A stretch of 41,836 nucleotides of DNA from Catajapyx aquilonaris (taxonomy: Eukaryota), in the NCBI GenBank assembly GCA_000934665.2, contig KZ538896.1, positions 1 through 41,836 on the forward strand. The letters run 5' to 3'. Numbering within the stretch: the stretch's first letter is position 1; each line of letters starts with the position of its first letter. This document shows positions 9,901 through 21,359 of this stretch, piece after piece. Both the position numbers and the translations under genes were made by a program. Below the pieces are notes generated by a model, which was not told the DNA's origin, did no database searches, and was given only the letters and a program-made list of their open reading frames with translations.

Positions 9901-11542
9901 CCCGTGGGGTAATGTAAAAAAAAAAACACACAAAAAAACACAAATACAAAAAAAAAAAAACTTCTCGGTGGTGAATTCCTGTGCTCCAGAAATGATATTT
10001 TTTAAATGTCCATTATTATGTGTCATTTAGTCTCCGGTGCTTCGTTGCCGAGAGAATGAGAATTATTTTAAAGGCTCTTTATACCATCTACTTCCGAATA
10101 ATATCTCTAGTAGACATTGCAGTGGACAAATATGGCTTTGGCAAAGTAATATGATACTGTGTTAGGTACCACTTGTGCAAGTATTACATCGCTTAAAAAT
10201 GTTAAGACAGGATTTCATTCTCCGCAGCTGCACCCGAAGCTATCAGAAGGCTCTCGCCCTGATACAGATACAGATATGACATACGGTAATAAGTGTTCTC
10301 ATAATGTGGTGTTTATCCCATTCAGTCATGCCTATATTTTATGGTTAAGGCAGTGGTTTCCAGCCTTTCACCAACTAAACATGTTTCCATAAATGTGCGA
10401 CCACCCCCTCCCCCTTCCCCCAGCCTCTCCTACAACTGCCCCCCTTCCAGAAAACATACACTCTGTACGGCCGCAAAATTTGTTCAATTGACACAGAAAT
10501 TGCAAAAAAAAAAGTTGAACCAAGGCTCGCGACCCTGCCCGCGACCCCCCGGTTGGAAACCACTGGGTTAAGGGCTTTGGTTTGTGTTGGAATGGGTGAC
10601 ATGAGAGATATCCCTCAATGATTGTTAATGCAGATAGAAACAATATTAGTGCATAGATGCACTTGTAAGAGCTGTGTCTTCTTTCGTATTGTGTGCCATG
10701 ATGTAACTCTTCTTTGGTCAAGGTTGTGACAGTTGTGGTCTATACATTCTTCGTCTTCTCACTAATGGGCCATCAGTATCTGGAAGCCGGACCTGACGTT
10801 GAAGTACATGAGCATGACTCTGTTTTTCCGTGGCTACCAATGTTGCAGGTACAGTAGTGTCGTCTATTAATGCACATGGTACGTTTTCATGAAAAAATAT
10901 TACGATTATGGCATGACAAGCCAGTGTTCATATAACTTCCCAAAGTTGCACGTAACAGTGTGGCCCTTTGGCAATAAACGCTTTGTCTTACCAGCACTTT
11001 GGAACTTTGCAGCAGTTAATGTGCTGTGAAGGCCAGAGTATTATTTGTATCCAGATGCCTGTTTAAAACACATTTAATTCAAAAGTGTCACTTTTGTAGA
11101 ATATTTACAGAGAGGCAAACAATATAATATATTAAAATTATATTAATATTAATAATGTATGGAACAGTTCGCTTTTTACATGGGATGGCTGAAAGTGGCG
11201 GAAGCTATGGTCAATCCTTTCGGTGAAGATGATGATGACTTTGATATCAACTGGATGATTGACCGGAATATTCAGGTGTCATACATGATAGTTGACCAGA
11301 TGCATAGCTCGTACCCTGACCTGGTTAAAGATCAGTACTGGGATACTGGAGTCCCACGAGATATGCCATTCACGCCTGCTTCCGAAGCTTTTCGCACTGG
11401 AGGTCCAGAAGGTTCTGCAGAGATAGCAAGCCGAAAATCCAAAAAAACTGAGCGAAAAGAAACCCAAAAAGCGGCTCAAAAGGCGGAACGAAAATTGGAG
11501 GTTCCCTCTATGAGATCTGAAATTGACAAAATAGAAGCCCAG
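6990..11542 (+). CDS. Best: Bestrophin paralog A (divergent), channel-domain exons
   Basis: Exons 6990-7066 ([10 protein letters not shown]...KLLAR), 8369-8479 ([10 protein letters not shown]...), 8551-8722 (...[10 protein letters not shown]...IPWPD), 8916-9045 (RRTVMRY...LRFP), 9269-9507 (FWVP...[12 protein letters not shown]), 10723-10848 and 11168-11542 ([18 protein letters not shown]). Phases are consistent. Intron 2 is GC-AG and the others are GT-AG. Confidence 0.95.
7223..7785. mobile_element. Degenerate MITE (PIF/Harbinger-like ends) enclosing a ~300-bp fold-back, in intron 1 of Best-A
   Basis: Outer imperfect TIRs aagcctgctacacacgttgcgagttactc / gagttactggctacgtgtggaccttgctt. Inner inverted repeat at 7407-7706. 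Confidence 0.55.
7407..7706. repeat. Long near-perfect inverted repeat (~150-bp arms, almost no spacer)
   Basis: tatcccctgccggggcgttttgcatgaggtgctcacctgagagagccatgagacct... is mirrored by ...aggtctcatggctctctcaggtgagcacctcatgcaaaacgccccggcaggggata. Confidence 0.93.
9548..10050. mobile_element. Tc1/mariner-like MITE end (single TIR) carrying a SINE insertion
   Basis: TA|cagagtgtttcataaggatttgagcaaacttct resembles the TA|cagggtgt termini at 30002 and 39047. The partner TIR was not found. Confidence 0.5.
9590..9957 (+). mobile_element. tRNA-derived SINE (family C, tail type 1)
   Basis: A box tggcgtcgtgg, B box ggttcaatcc, poly-A tail. Perfect 17-bp TSD aaacttctcggtggtga at 9573-9589 and 9958-9974. 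Confidence 0.92.
10351..10565. mobile_element. hAT (Buster-like) MITE, 215 bp
   Basis: TIRs cagtggtttcca(g/a)cc, 8-bp TSD ggttaagg at 10343-10350 and 10566-10573. Confidence 0.92.
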
Positions 11543-11596
11543 GTATCGTGACATTGTAAATATTATAAAACCTAGTACTGAATGTCTACTTTTTAG

Positions 11597-14500
11597 CGGT
11601 TAGGCCTATATCCTAACTCTGTTCTTATGCACGGTAATTTATTGTCCGAAGATAAGTTAAGATTTTAAATTAATCAAAACACACAATTTGACAAACACAA
11701 AAATGGTGTCAACTGAAATAATATAGCAACTACTTGCCATTTTCATGATAAAGCTAACAGCCAAGATACTAAGTGCACTGAGCCTACTGAAGAAACCCAG
11801 TCACCACGAAGTTCTGGATGAAGAAATTAATAGGCAAAGCCTTGCCGGTACGCTTCAACTTTGATTTCTCACGTTATAAGTAGGAAAACTTGGCATGCTG
11901 CTTGTTATGTTTCTTGCAGAAATAGGGGAAATAGGCTAATGAATTATTGCTATACTGCTGATGATAACTTCCACACTCGTTACAGGGACGGAGCATCCTC
12001 AATCCTCAGACGAACACAGTATTCCTTCACTAACCACTGGTACAGGGAAAGTAGCGGCAGTCCGTACTGGAAAGAAGCAAACGAGAAAGGTAACCAGGCA
12101 GTATAGGCAATACTTTATTATATGTTCATCATGTATCTACTATTATCCCTACTGTTGTAGGGTCAGCCAAGAGGACGACAAAAAAAGGGGGTCAAATCTC
12201 CCCACACCAATATAGGACAGAACAGATCAAAAAGGTACAAGCCTACGCTACAGGACATAATGTCGTATGATGGATCAAACGAATCATTGCCGAGCGAAGG
12301 CAAACCCTCAAAGACACAAATGAGAGGAGGTACTGATGCTAGACAGGAGGCGAGGACAAAGCAGAAGCGGACAAGATACCGACACCCATTGTATTATTCG
12401 TCTCCTGTACCTCCGCGGCATCCAATATTTACAGTGGTACCTGACAGCGAGGAGGAGTTGACGCGGATTGCAGACGAACTTTCTGTGCCTTTTCCTTCGC
12501 TGCTAGACATGCTTGGAGCTCCAGCTGACATCTTTGACGTCAATTTTGACGAGAAAGTCACCGAGAAAGTCACTCATGATCGCGAGGTATTGTGTCGCTT
12601 TGCGCCATCATCCATTCCCAAACGTTTTGAGTCATAGAGCACTTTTCAGTACCGTATGTAACATCTTCCAAGTTCAAGCATTTATTTGTCTTATATTTTT
12701 TATCCCTTAGACCCAGACAACGGAAATTGTTGAGGAGATGGAAACAGCAAGCTGGACGTCGTCTTCTACAGCTGAAAGTTGTGATATTGTTACCTTGTTT
12801 ACAGAATCTCCCGACAGTCCCGAGGCATCGATAAATGAGGCGGGTCCAAGTAGAAGGAAGCGGTACAAGTATAATCCATGTAAGACATAATTATTTCATG
12901 TTAATTTGCAGATTCTTTGAATATTATGAATATTATGAATATATATGAAATCTTATTTTACTGTCATCAACCAAAATCAGGTCATCATTTAAAGTCATGG
13001 AGATGGATGCTTAAAAATGTTAGAATCACATAGCTACAGTATATTGAAAAAAATTAATGTGAGATGAAAACATGGTGTGAAACGATACCAAACAAAATTA
13101 ATTCTCTCTATTTCTTATACTTGCACACAATATTTGAATGTTTTGCAATTAAACTTCTGTGCCTTCAATGAAAAACAATCGCAATGTTTTTTTGTCAGGT
13201 TATTTCCAATAATATAGATGAAAGTGTGAAACTCACTCAGTTTTTGCCTACTTGCGCGTAGGTCCCCAACTGATAAATCTGGATTTGAAAATTAAGACTT
13301 TCGAACTTCAATCCGGCGAGTTACTGACTGAATTTGTGGTTTGCCAATGTGTTTCCCCATTTTAACAGTTGCCACATTGTGTCAACAATATTGTCATATT
13401 TTTATTGTGAAAAATACTGCTATTAGTGAACTAAAACCAGCTCAAAATTTGAGCATTTCTGTAACATTGCAGGAAAATTAAATGAGTTTAAATATTCTTA
13501 ACGAAACTTAATGCCCGCTGTGGATTATTCTCAACTTTCATATAGGCTACATACTTCTATCTAGGTTCAATCTTTTTTATTGGTGACCCCAGAAAATCGT
13601 CTTGTAAAATTCGCGACCCCCAATTCCAATTATTCAACCCTACCCCTTTCAGTGGTAGTCGATGACAATATAATCGTTAAATTAATACATCTTCTCGTTT
13701 ATGGGCATCTTTTTCTAGAGAGAGATAATCATTTTGTAAAAATCATTTGTTACTCTCCCTCGTGACCCCAAATATTATGTTTGAGACCTACAGTTTGGGA
13801 AGCCCTGATCTAGTAGGAGATCTAACTAGGCAAAAATTTAGTTTTCTCTGAGCAAGTATGTTATTTGGAACAAATGATCTCACGTCAAATTATTGCGATT
13901 TGAGCCAAAACAGATCCTGTAACACATCCTTTATATTATAGGTGTCAAGGTGGACAACAACTCCAGCGATGAATATGTATGCCGTCATGATGGGCGAAAT
14001 TCTCTTGGCGCTAAGAAAAAACATGAGTTTTGGTACAAATTACGACGAGCGGACATTCTGTTTGCTGAATGGAAAAGACGCAAAAATGCAGATCGACAGT
14101 GGCTGAAGGCAAGATGGCTACAGTTGAGGAAGCTCTTTGCATTTCTAAGAAGACGGAGTGAAAAACGAGCAGAAGAAGCCCTGAAAATCAGAGCACAAGA
14201 AATAAGGGAAAGGACGGAAGAAGCCGGAAGGAGGTGGAAGGAACAGAGAGAACGAGAAAGAGCATGTAAGTTGACTCATACCTTTGGCATGGTTGTATAT
14301 TTTAATAAGTCGCTTTTTTTTGGCAGCTATTGCAAGCCGAGGCAAGAGGTCTTTCGGTGATGAAGTTACTCCTGGTCATCATGAATATCTGACAAGAGGA
14401 AGGTCCCGCAGCCGACAGTCGTCTGTTTCTTCTGCTAGTAGCCGGAGGTCGTCTAGCCGAAGCTCCACAATGGGACAACAGTCTCTCCAGGAGCACAGAA

Positions 14501-14742
14501 GTCCATCTGTAGGAAGGCAGGCAACGGTTCCTGAAAGTAGCCCTGAACGACGCAGACGCCATTCTGGCTGTTATGAGAGCGGGACGTCACAAACACCTGA
14601 TGAACAGAGTTCCTCTTCAACCACAAGCAGACGAACTCTTCATAATCGAAGAAACTCTGAAAGGCATGGGAGCTTATCTCCTATTCAATCTGACGTAAGC
14701 CAGACAGAAAGTCGAACCCCAAATGACTCACATGATCAGTAA
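11597..14742 (+). CDS. Putative long C-terminal tail exons of Best-A (or a separate novel gene)
   Basis: Exons 11597-11633, 11761-11847, 11986-12089, 12161-12586, 12711-12879, 13942-14265 and 14327-14742 join stop-free with matching phases via GT-AG introns. TAA at 14740-14742 is followed by AATAAA at 14755. The full model is ~930 aa. Confidence 0.62.
13560..13807. mobile_element. Degenerate hAT MITE fragment
   Basis: Right TIR tttgggaagccctg followed by atctagta, with internal g(t/c)gacccc motifs as in the other hAT MITEs. The left end is lost. Confidence 0.4.
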
Positions 14743-15959
14743 CGTCACCTTATTAATAAATAATTTTCCCAAGGTGTGTTACTGTTTCTTTGCTTGCTGT
14801 TGCTTAAAAAATATGCTGCAATATTTTAGATGAGTTTGCCCTTGTGAATAGATTATGCCGATTTATAACCCTGGTCACAAACAATGATGCATTCAAACTA
14901 TGGAAAGAGATTTTTCAGCTAAATGTTGTCATCTTCAAGTGACTTGCAGTCATCACAAACATCAAAACATGGTAATGGTGGATGTCACATATCAATGATC
15001 ACTACCCCTTCCGTCACTGTTGCCAACAGGTAAACGTTATATCCCATGCAATAATGAAGTTAGAACCTGTGCTGTGACAATATCTTACATTTATGCGTCC
15101 CTGATCTGTCCCTGATCAACACAATTTATACTCACCTATACGTTACCTATTTAGTTCCATACACAATCGACGTCTAGGGAAGAGCTCACTGCATAGGCAT
15201 TGACTAGGTTGATACCCCTGCTATGACATGAACCAATTATTGCAATCCGGTTATGTCCGGGAGAGCGTTTACTCAGAGTTAACGCACCTGTACGACAGTA
15301 GGTCACGATGTTTGTTTACATTCTCCGTTGTGGCTCTATGCTGTAGAATTTGTTGGCACCCTTGGCAACATTTTTTCAGATGGTACATTAATTAATCAAG
15401 AGCTCAATTAATTAATATATAATATATTAATTATATATTAGGGTAACCCTGTTTTGGAATCGATTATTATGTGATATTCTGTTGCCTGGTAATGGCAAAA
15501 TTATTTCCTCATATAGTGGTGTTTTGAAAATGCCACAATTTTCTGGAGTGCAAGGTAGCTAATATTTTAAATACTTGAGACAGTTTCACCTACACAGCAG
15601 GTCATACTTCGAAATATCTTGTTGCCGACACATACAGTAGGCATCCAATAAGTTCTATATGGTTAGTTACACTTGAACCTGTTATTCTCAGGTAAATATC
15701 GGATCATGTGTTGACTTTATGCAACATTTCGTTTTACATTAATTTTGTGCTCGGATTTGACGGTATTAATTCCTCTTAGCAAATTACTGAAAAGATAATT
15801 AGTGTAGCACTGATTTGTTATTGGTGCCTGAGATTTGTTATGAACCTCACTGAACAGGGACTTGGGCATTTCAGGAAGTACAAGTGTAAAAAACAGGCTT
15901 TTTGGTGAAATGATCTACAGTGATTTTTGTTAAAAAATACTACACCCGAGGAAAGAAAA

Positions 15960-18574
15960 ATGACAGTGACTTATACAGCCGAGGTTGCTACTGTGACTGG
16001 CTTGGGATTATTTTGGAAGCTCCTGTTCAGGTATGATATTGTGGTCTGAACATGTTGTAATAATGCAAACCATTATAAACCTAATGTTGTATTTTCATAT
16101 TAGGTGGCGAGGCAGCATCTACAAGCTTCTATGGCCAGATCTGATAGTATATTCTACTCTATACTTCTCACTTTCCCTTATATACAGGCTTGTGCTCACA
16201 GATCATGAAGATTGGAAAAAGTGAGTCCAACATTTATATTTAATTAAATTATAAATAAATGCGGCAGGTTCATATGAAGATACATGATTTGAAAATAAAT
16301 ACACCTAGGGCAGTAATGTCATCGCATTTTTACAGGGCCTTTGAAAATGCTGCAGTGTATTGCCGGTACTATGCAGACTTAATCCCTTTGACTTTCGTAC
16401 TGGGATTCTATGTAGATATTGTGATTCAACGTTGGACACAACAGTTTATGGGGATTCCATGGCCAGATGCTCTCGCCATGTTTGTTTCGACTTGTATTCA
16501 TGGTAATGTGAGTAAAACCCATTTGTACTTTTCGAGGGTGGACCTCACTTCAGTGTACATGATGTTCCTAGGATATACTCTATACTTAATTGGTTTAATG
16601 CAATACTTTGCTGTTACAGGATGAACGAGGACGCTTAATGCGCCGGACCATAATGCGATACGTGAATCTCGCTTATGTCCTAACCTTAAAGATGATGAGC
16701 ACGCCTCTCAAGAAGAGGTTTCCGACCTTGGAGCATTTGGTAGAGGCTGGTCTTATGCACGATAGCGAAAAAATCATATTCGAAGATCTGAATAAGCAGA
16801 CGTCGCATCCCAAGTACTGGATGCCCTTGGTATGGGCAGCCAGCATCGTCACCCGTGCTAGGAAAGAGGGCAGGATTAAGGACGACTACTCTACCAGTAA
16901 TCTCATAGTGGAGTTGTGCAAGTTCAGAGGACAGTGTGGAAACCTGTTGAACTATGACTGGATCAGCATACCTCTAGTTTATACCCAGGTCTGTACTCAC
17001 CAGGTTGTGTAACATTCTTATGATGATGACTGGTCTCATTTTTCAGGTCGTGACTTTAGCCGTGTACTTTTACGTTGTGGCTTCCGTGATGGGCAGGCAA
17101 TATTTGGACCCCAAGAGCAAGATAGAGAAATTTGAGTCTGACCTTTATGTGCCAATTTTCCCTTTCCTTCAGGTAACACGTTCCTCTTCGATGATAAATC
17201 ACGAGTGAACCTTGCAGTTACCAGAATCACACCAAAACCTACTGATAACCTCAAATTCTTCCAACTGTAGTTCTTCTTCTACATGGGATGGTTGAAAGTG
17301 GCCGAGTCCTTGGTCAATCCTTTCGGAGAGGACGACGATGATTTTGAGATCAACTGGCTGGTGGATCGTAACCTCCAGGTGTCCTACCTGATTGTGGACG
17401 AAATGCACAATGAGCACCCTGAACTGATCAAAGACCAGTACTGGGATGAGGTGTTTCCTTCGGAGTTGCCATACACGGCGGCAGCAGAGCAATACCGCAC
17501 CGGACCGCCACAAGGATCAACCGCCGCGGTCGAACTGACCGAAAAGGAAGCTGAAGTGTTGCCTTCAGTACCATCCACTATTCTGGAAGAAGACTCCGAT
17601 CTGACGTCTACACACGATTCGACTCTGACGATGGACAAAAAGAACAACATGAGTCAGTGGCTGCACCGATTCAAGAGCAAAATGAGGACAAGCCCTCTTG
17701 AAAACGGTAGTCGATTGTTTCAAAAGTGCAGTCTGTTATTTAAAAATTTCATGGTGTAATGAAATTATCTTTTGTTTAGTTGGGAGCGGGTTGTTACGAC
17801 ATTTGGGATCTGACAGAGAGTCACCAACGCTTCAATCATCAAAGATGCGCAACATGGGAGTTACGAAACGTTGGACTACTTCACCAGTAGAGGTGATTCT
17901 CTTCATATCATTATTACTTCACACTTTAGACTTAGGAGGTTATCCCTGGAATTATGGCTCCTGACTATTTAAATTTATTATGAGTTTAATATTGCACAGG
18001 AGATGTTACCTGTAGATGCTAGATGTCTCATCAGAAATGGGTCCAATTCTTGATGCCAGTGGTTTTCAAGTGGTGGTATTTATTGGTCTTTATTTCAGGG
18101 CACGGAAGATGATGCTACATGTGTTCTTTCCCGCGATGGGTCTACCAGGAGACAACAAATGGACAGGAAAAGGAAATACTCTACTGCAACTCCAACTTCC
18201 GATTCGGCCAAGAAAGATGACCTACATCCATTCTTTTTTCGTGAGGAGAAGAAAGACACTGATAATGCACCAATGCTGGGTTATCCTCCTTCGATACCCA
18301 CTGTCTCAGGTGGAGCAGACACTGTTATCAACATGGATGCTACTTCAGATACGATTGATGAGGAAAATTCAACCGTAAGTTCCTGATTGATATAAACCCT
18401 TATTAAGATGAAGTTACATCTTGCAAATTCATTGACAAATAGGAGGAGGGCTTGAATGAAGATCATGCTACACCGAATGAAGAAAGAATCGTGACATCTA
18501 CCAATGACACTAACCTCGCTGGACATCCTCAGTCAGAGAGACCTCCAGAAAAAGATCCAAAGGACGTTCCATAA
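15960..18574 (+). CDS. Best: Bestrophin paralog B (canonical Ca2+-activated anion channel), ~603 aa
   Basis: Exons 15960-16030 ([11 protein letters not shown]...), 16104-16220, 16336-16507 ([12 protein letters not shown]), 16620-16988 (KRFP...[12 protein letters not shown]), 17047-17172 and 17271-17706 ([11 protein letters not shown]), then 17780-17892, 18099-18374 and 18443-18574. The last three exons are less certain. Confidence 0.96.
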
Positions 18575-19412
18575 TTTGTGCCATCTGTGGGCTCATTTAT
18601 ATCAATAGATGACTTTCTTCAGTATGAAATAGAATGCATGTATCACTGACATAGCGATCTTATTAATATCTCCTTTGTGGATTATACCTCTGCACAACAT
18701 TGGCCATTGAGAAAGGAGGTAATAAAATAATGATGATTTTTAAGGCTCAATCCACATATTTGGTTGTAGATCGTAAACGTAAGCAGGAATTGGCTTCCAT
18801 CTACTTTAAAAATTAAAGAGAACTTTGTACCAAGTCTTTCCATATGAAATTGGCTCTGTAGGTACAAAGTGAAGTCGACATCGTGATTCAAATGAGGTGG
18901 AGATGTCTAATTTATTGGTTAATCCGAGGCAAGTGTCAAGTAACAGTGTCAAATTGGCCAGTGTGAAAGGCAGAATATCCTAAATGGTAAGAGAACATTG
19001 CCCATTCACACAGACCCTTTTCTCCAAACAAGCTCCAGAAGCTCCTTTTAACAAAGTGGCAATTTATTAAAAATACATATATATGTAACTTCTAAAGTTC
19101 ACTTGAACAATTATGAGAAGTGTTTGTGTGAATGGAAGAAAAGGTAGAGTAATTTCCAAGAAACCATTGACACTTTTCGATGTTCTGACTCAACATGATT
19201 GAATTATTCGTTCACGTACTGTAAACAAAATGAATGAATGTAAGGAATGGCTGCAATATTAATAGGCTATACACATGGGAAAGCATAAAATAAATAAATA
19301 AATAAATCATAGAAGAGGTAACAAACAGAACAATTTGCACTATGCAGTAACAAAACACATAATATATCTATATAGGTATACACTCCACATAATTATATCA
19401 AAAAGGTTCCTG

Positions 19413-21359
19413 CTATGACCTTATTATATCTAGAACTTCAAAGTGGTCATTTTGCTGGGCCAAATCTGCTGGGGTGAGTCCAAATTTATTCTTGGCGTGT
19501 CGGTTGGCACCAGCATCGATAAGAAGCTGCACAACATCTTGGAATCCTCTGTCAGCTGCTAGGTGCAGAGGAGAATTGCCATCTTGGTCCACCCAATCTA
19601 AAGGAGCATTATGCTTCAACAGAAGTTGCACTGCTTCGTGATTGCCAAATTCAGCTGCGTAATGTAGAGGCGTCGCATCGTATTTGTCGGTGTCTTCTAC
19701 TGATGGTGCTTGCTAATGGACCATTGTATGATATAATATAATTAATTTTACCGTAAAATGGCCTCTAATTAGAATATACTGGACAATTAATTAATTAAAT
19801 ACTGTTGATGTGCAATTACCTTGTATTTGAGTAGTATGTCCAACACGTGAACATTTCCTATAGTAGCTGCTACATGGGCCAGACTGGCTCCACTGGGGTC
19901 TCTAATTCGGACATTTGCCCCTCGACGCAATAGCATGTGCACGATGACAGGGTGACCCTTCTTTACTGCCAGACTTAGGGGAGTTTCTTGGGTGTGGTTC
20001 AAGGCTTCTAGGTCAGTGTCACGGTGATCGATCAAGGCTCGGGTGATTCTGACAAGACCATTGGAAGTCGCCAAATGCAAAGGGGAATTTCCATACCTGT
20101 CCTTGGCTCCGGGACTGGCGCCTTGACCTAACAGAAGTTTTGTGATTTCTTCCATTATCCTAGCGTTATCGCGGTTATCGATGACTGTTGTTGCCAAGTT
20201 TGTTGCAGCTACATGCAATGGAGTTTGCTGGTACTGGTTGCGGGGGTCGACTGATGTCTCTGTGGCCAGTATGTCAGTGACGCGATCTATTTGGGCATTT
20301 TGGACTGCCAGGTGAAGAGGACTGTTGCAGTCGGTGTCTCCTGAGCTGCTGGGCAACTTGGGCTCAAATTTGATGGTTGTCCTTTGAACTACTCCTGATA
20401 TGGCCTTTTGTCTCCAAGATGTCACCTAATGATGGAAATTACTTATTTTCGGAAATTTGTTATTATTATTTTATTACTGTATTTAGCGTTAAGAGGGAAT
20501 TGATAAGGTTACGATAAAATACGAGGACCGCTGTTATTTTCGCCTAGTACTAATTATGTCAAAATTAATTGGAAATTTTGCCGATAAATGTTTACATGAG
20601 AGTTATCATCTTGTTATAAAATTTAGCAATGCATAGCTTGACTTTTACCTTCACTTTCTTGGGTTCATTTGGAGCTCTTGTTCTGTTTGGAACAATCCCA
20701 TTTTTCGATGCCGCGAGCCTGTGATAAACAAAATAAATGTATTAAGCTTACACTGTTACACACATAGTATATGATGAATTTGTGCATTGGTACAGTTTTA
20801 GAAGTATATCTGTATATCTAACCATCTAATATCCCGTAATATGCTAACAATGACATGACTACAAATCAAAGAATAGCTCTTACTTCTTTTTGACTGCTAA
20901 AAGTGTTTTGGCAGCTTCTGCGTGGTCCTTTTGAACGGCCAAACTCTGTGCGCTCAAACCCAGCTTGTTCCGTGTGGTCAAATCGGCACCTCGGTTTACG
21001 AGCAACTTGATGACCTCTAGTTGGCCCTCTTCGGCAGCGCAAATCAAAGGTGTGGAGCTGTCTGTCGTACGGATGTCCACATTAGTTCCAGCTTTGAGGA
21101 GCAGTTCGCAAATTTCTTTGTGACCATGTTTGCTGGCAACATGCAGAGCAGTGAAGCCGTTATAGTCCGGTTGGGACACCATCGTCCTTTTATCCTTAAG
21201 TAGTACTTGGACAGTTGTGACATGACCCAAACTGCTGGCTACGATCAAAGGGGATTCTCCGTTCTCATTTCGGACGTTGGGCTCTTCACCAGCGTCCAGC
21301 AACATTTTCACCACCCTGTCATTTCCATTCTGAGCGGCATAGTGAAGGTCACTTGGCAT
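19413..21359 (-). CDS. Ankyrin-repeat protein A (5+8 repeats), ~483 aa
   Basis: Exons 21359-20884, 20718-20649, 20425-19820 and 19712-19413, phases 2/0/0, with TPLH-type motifs throughout. Probable 5' UTR intron (donor ~21712, acceptor ~21385). Minus-strand AATAAA at 19063-19068. Confidence 0.9.

Noticed and set aside
18000..18045. Possible extra mini-exon in the Best-B tail (acceptor at 17999)
   Set aside because: No convincing in-phase donor, and the 17892/18099 join works without it.
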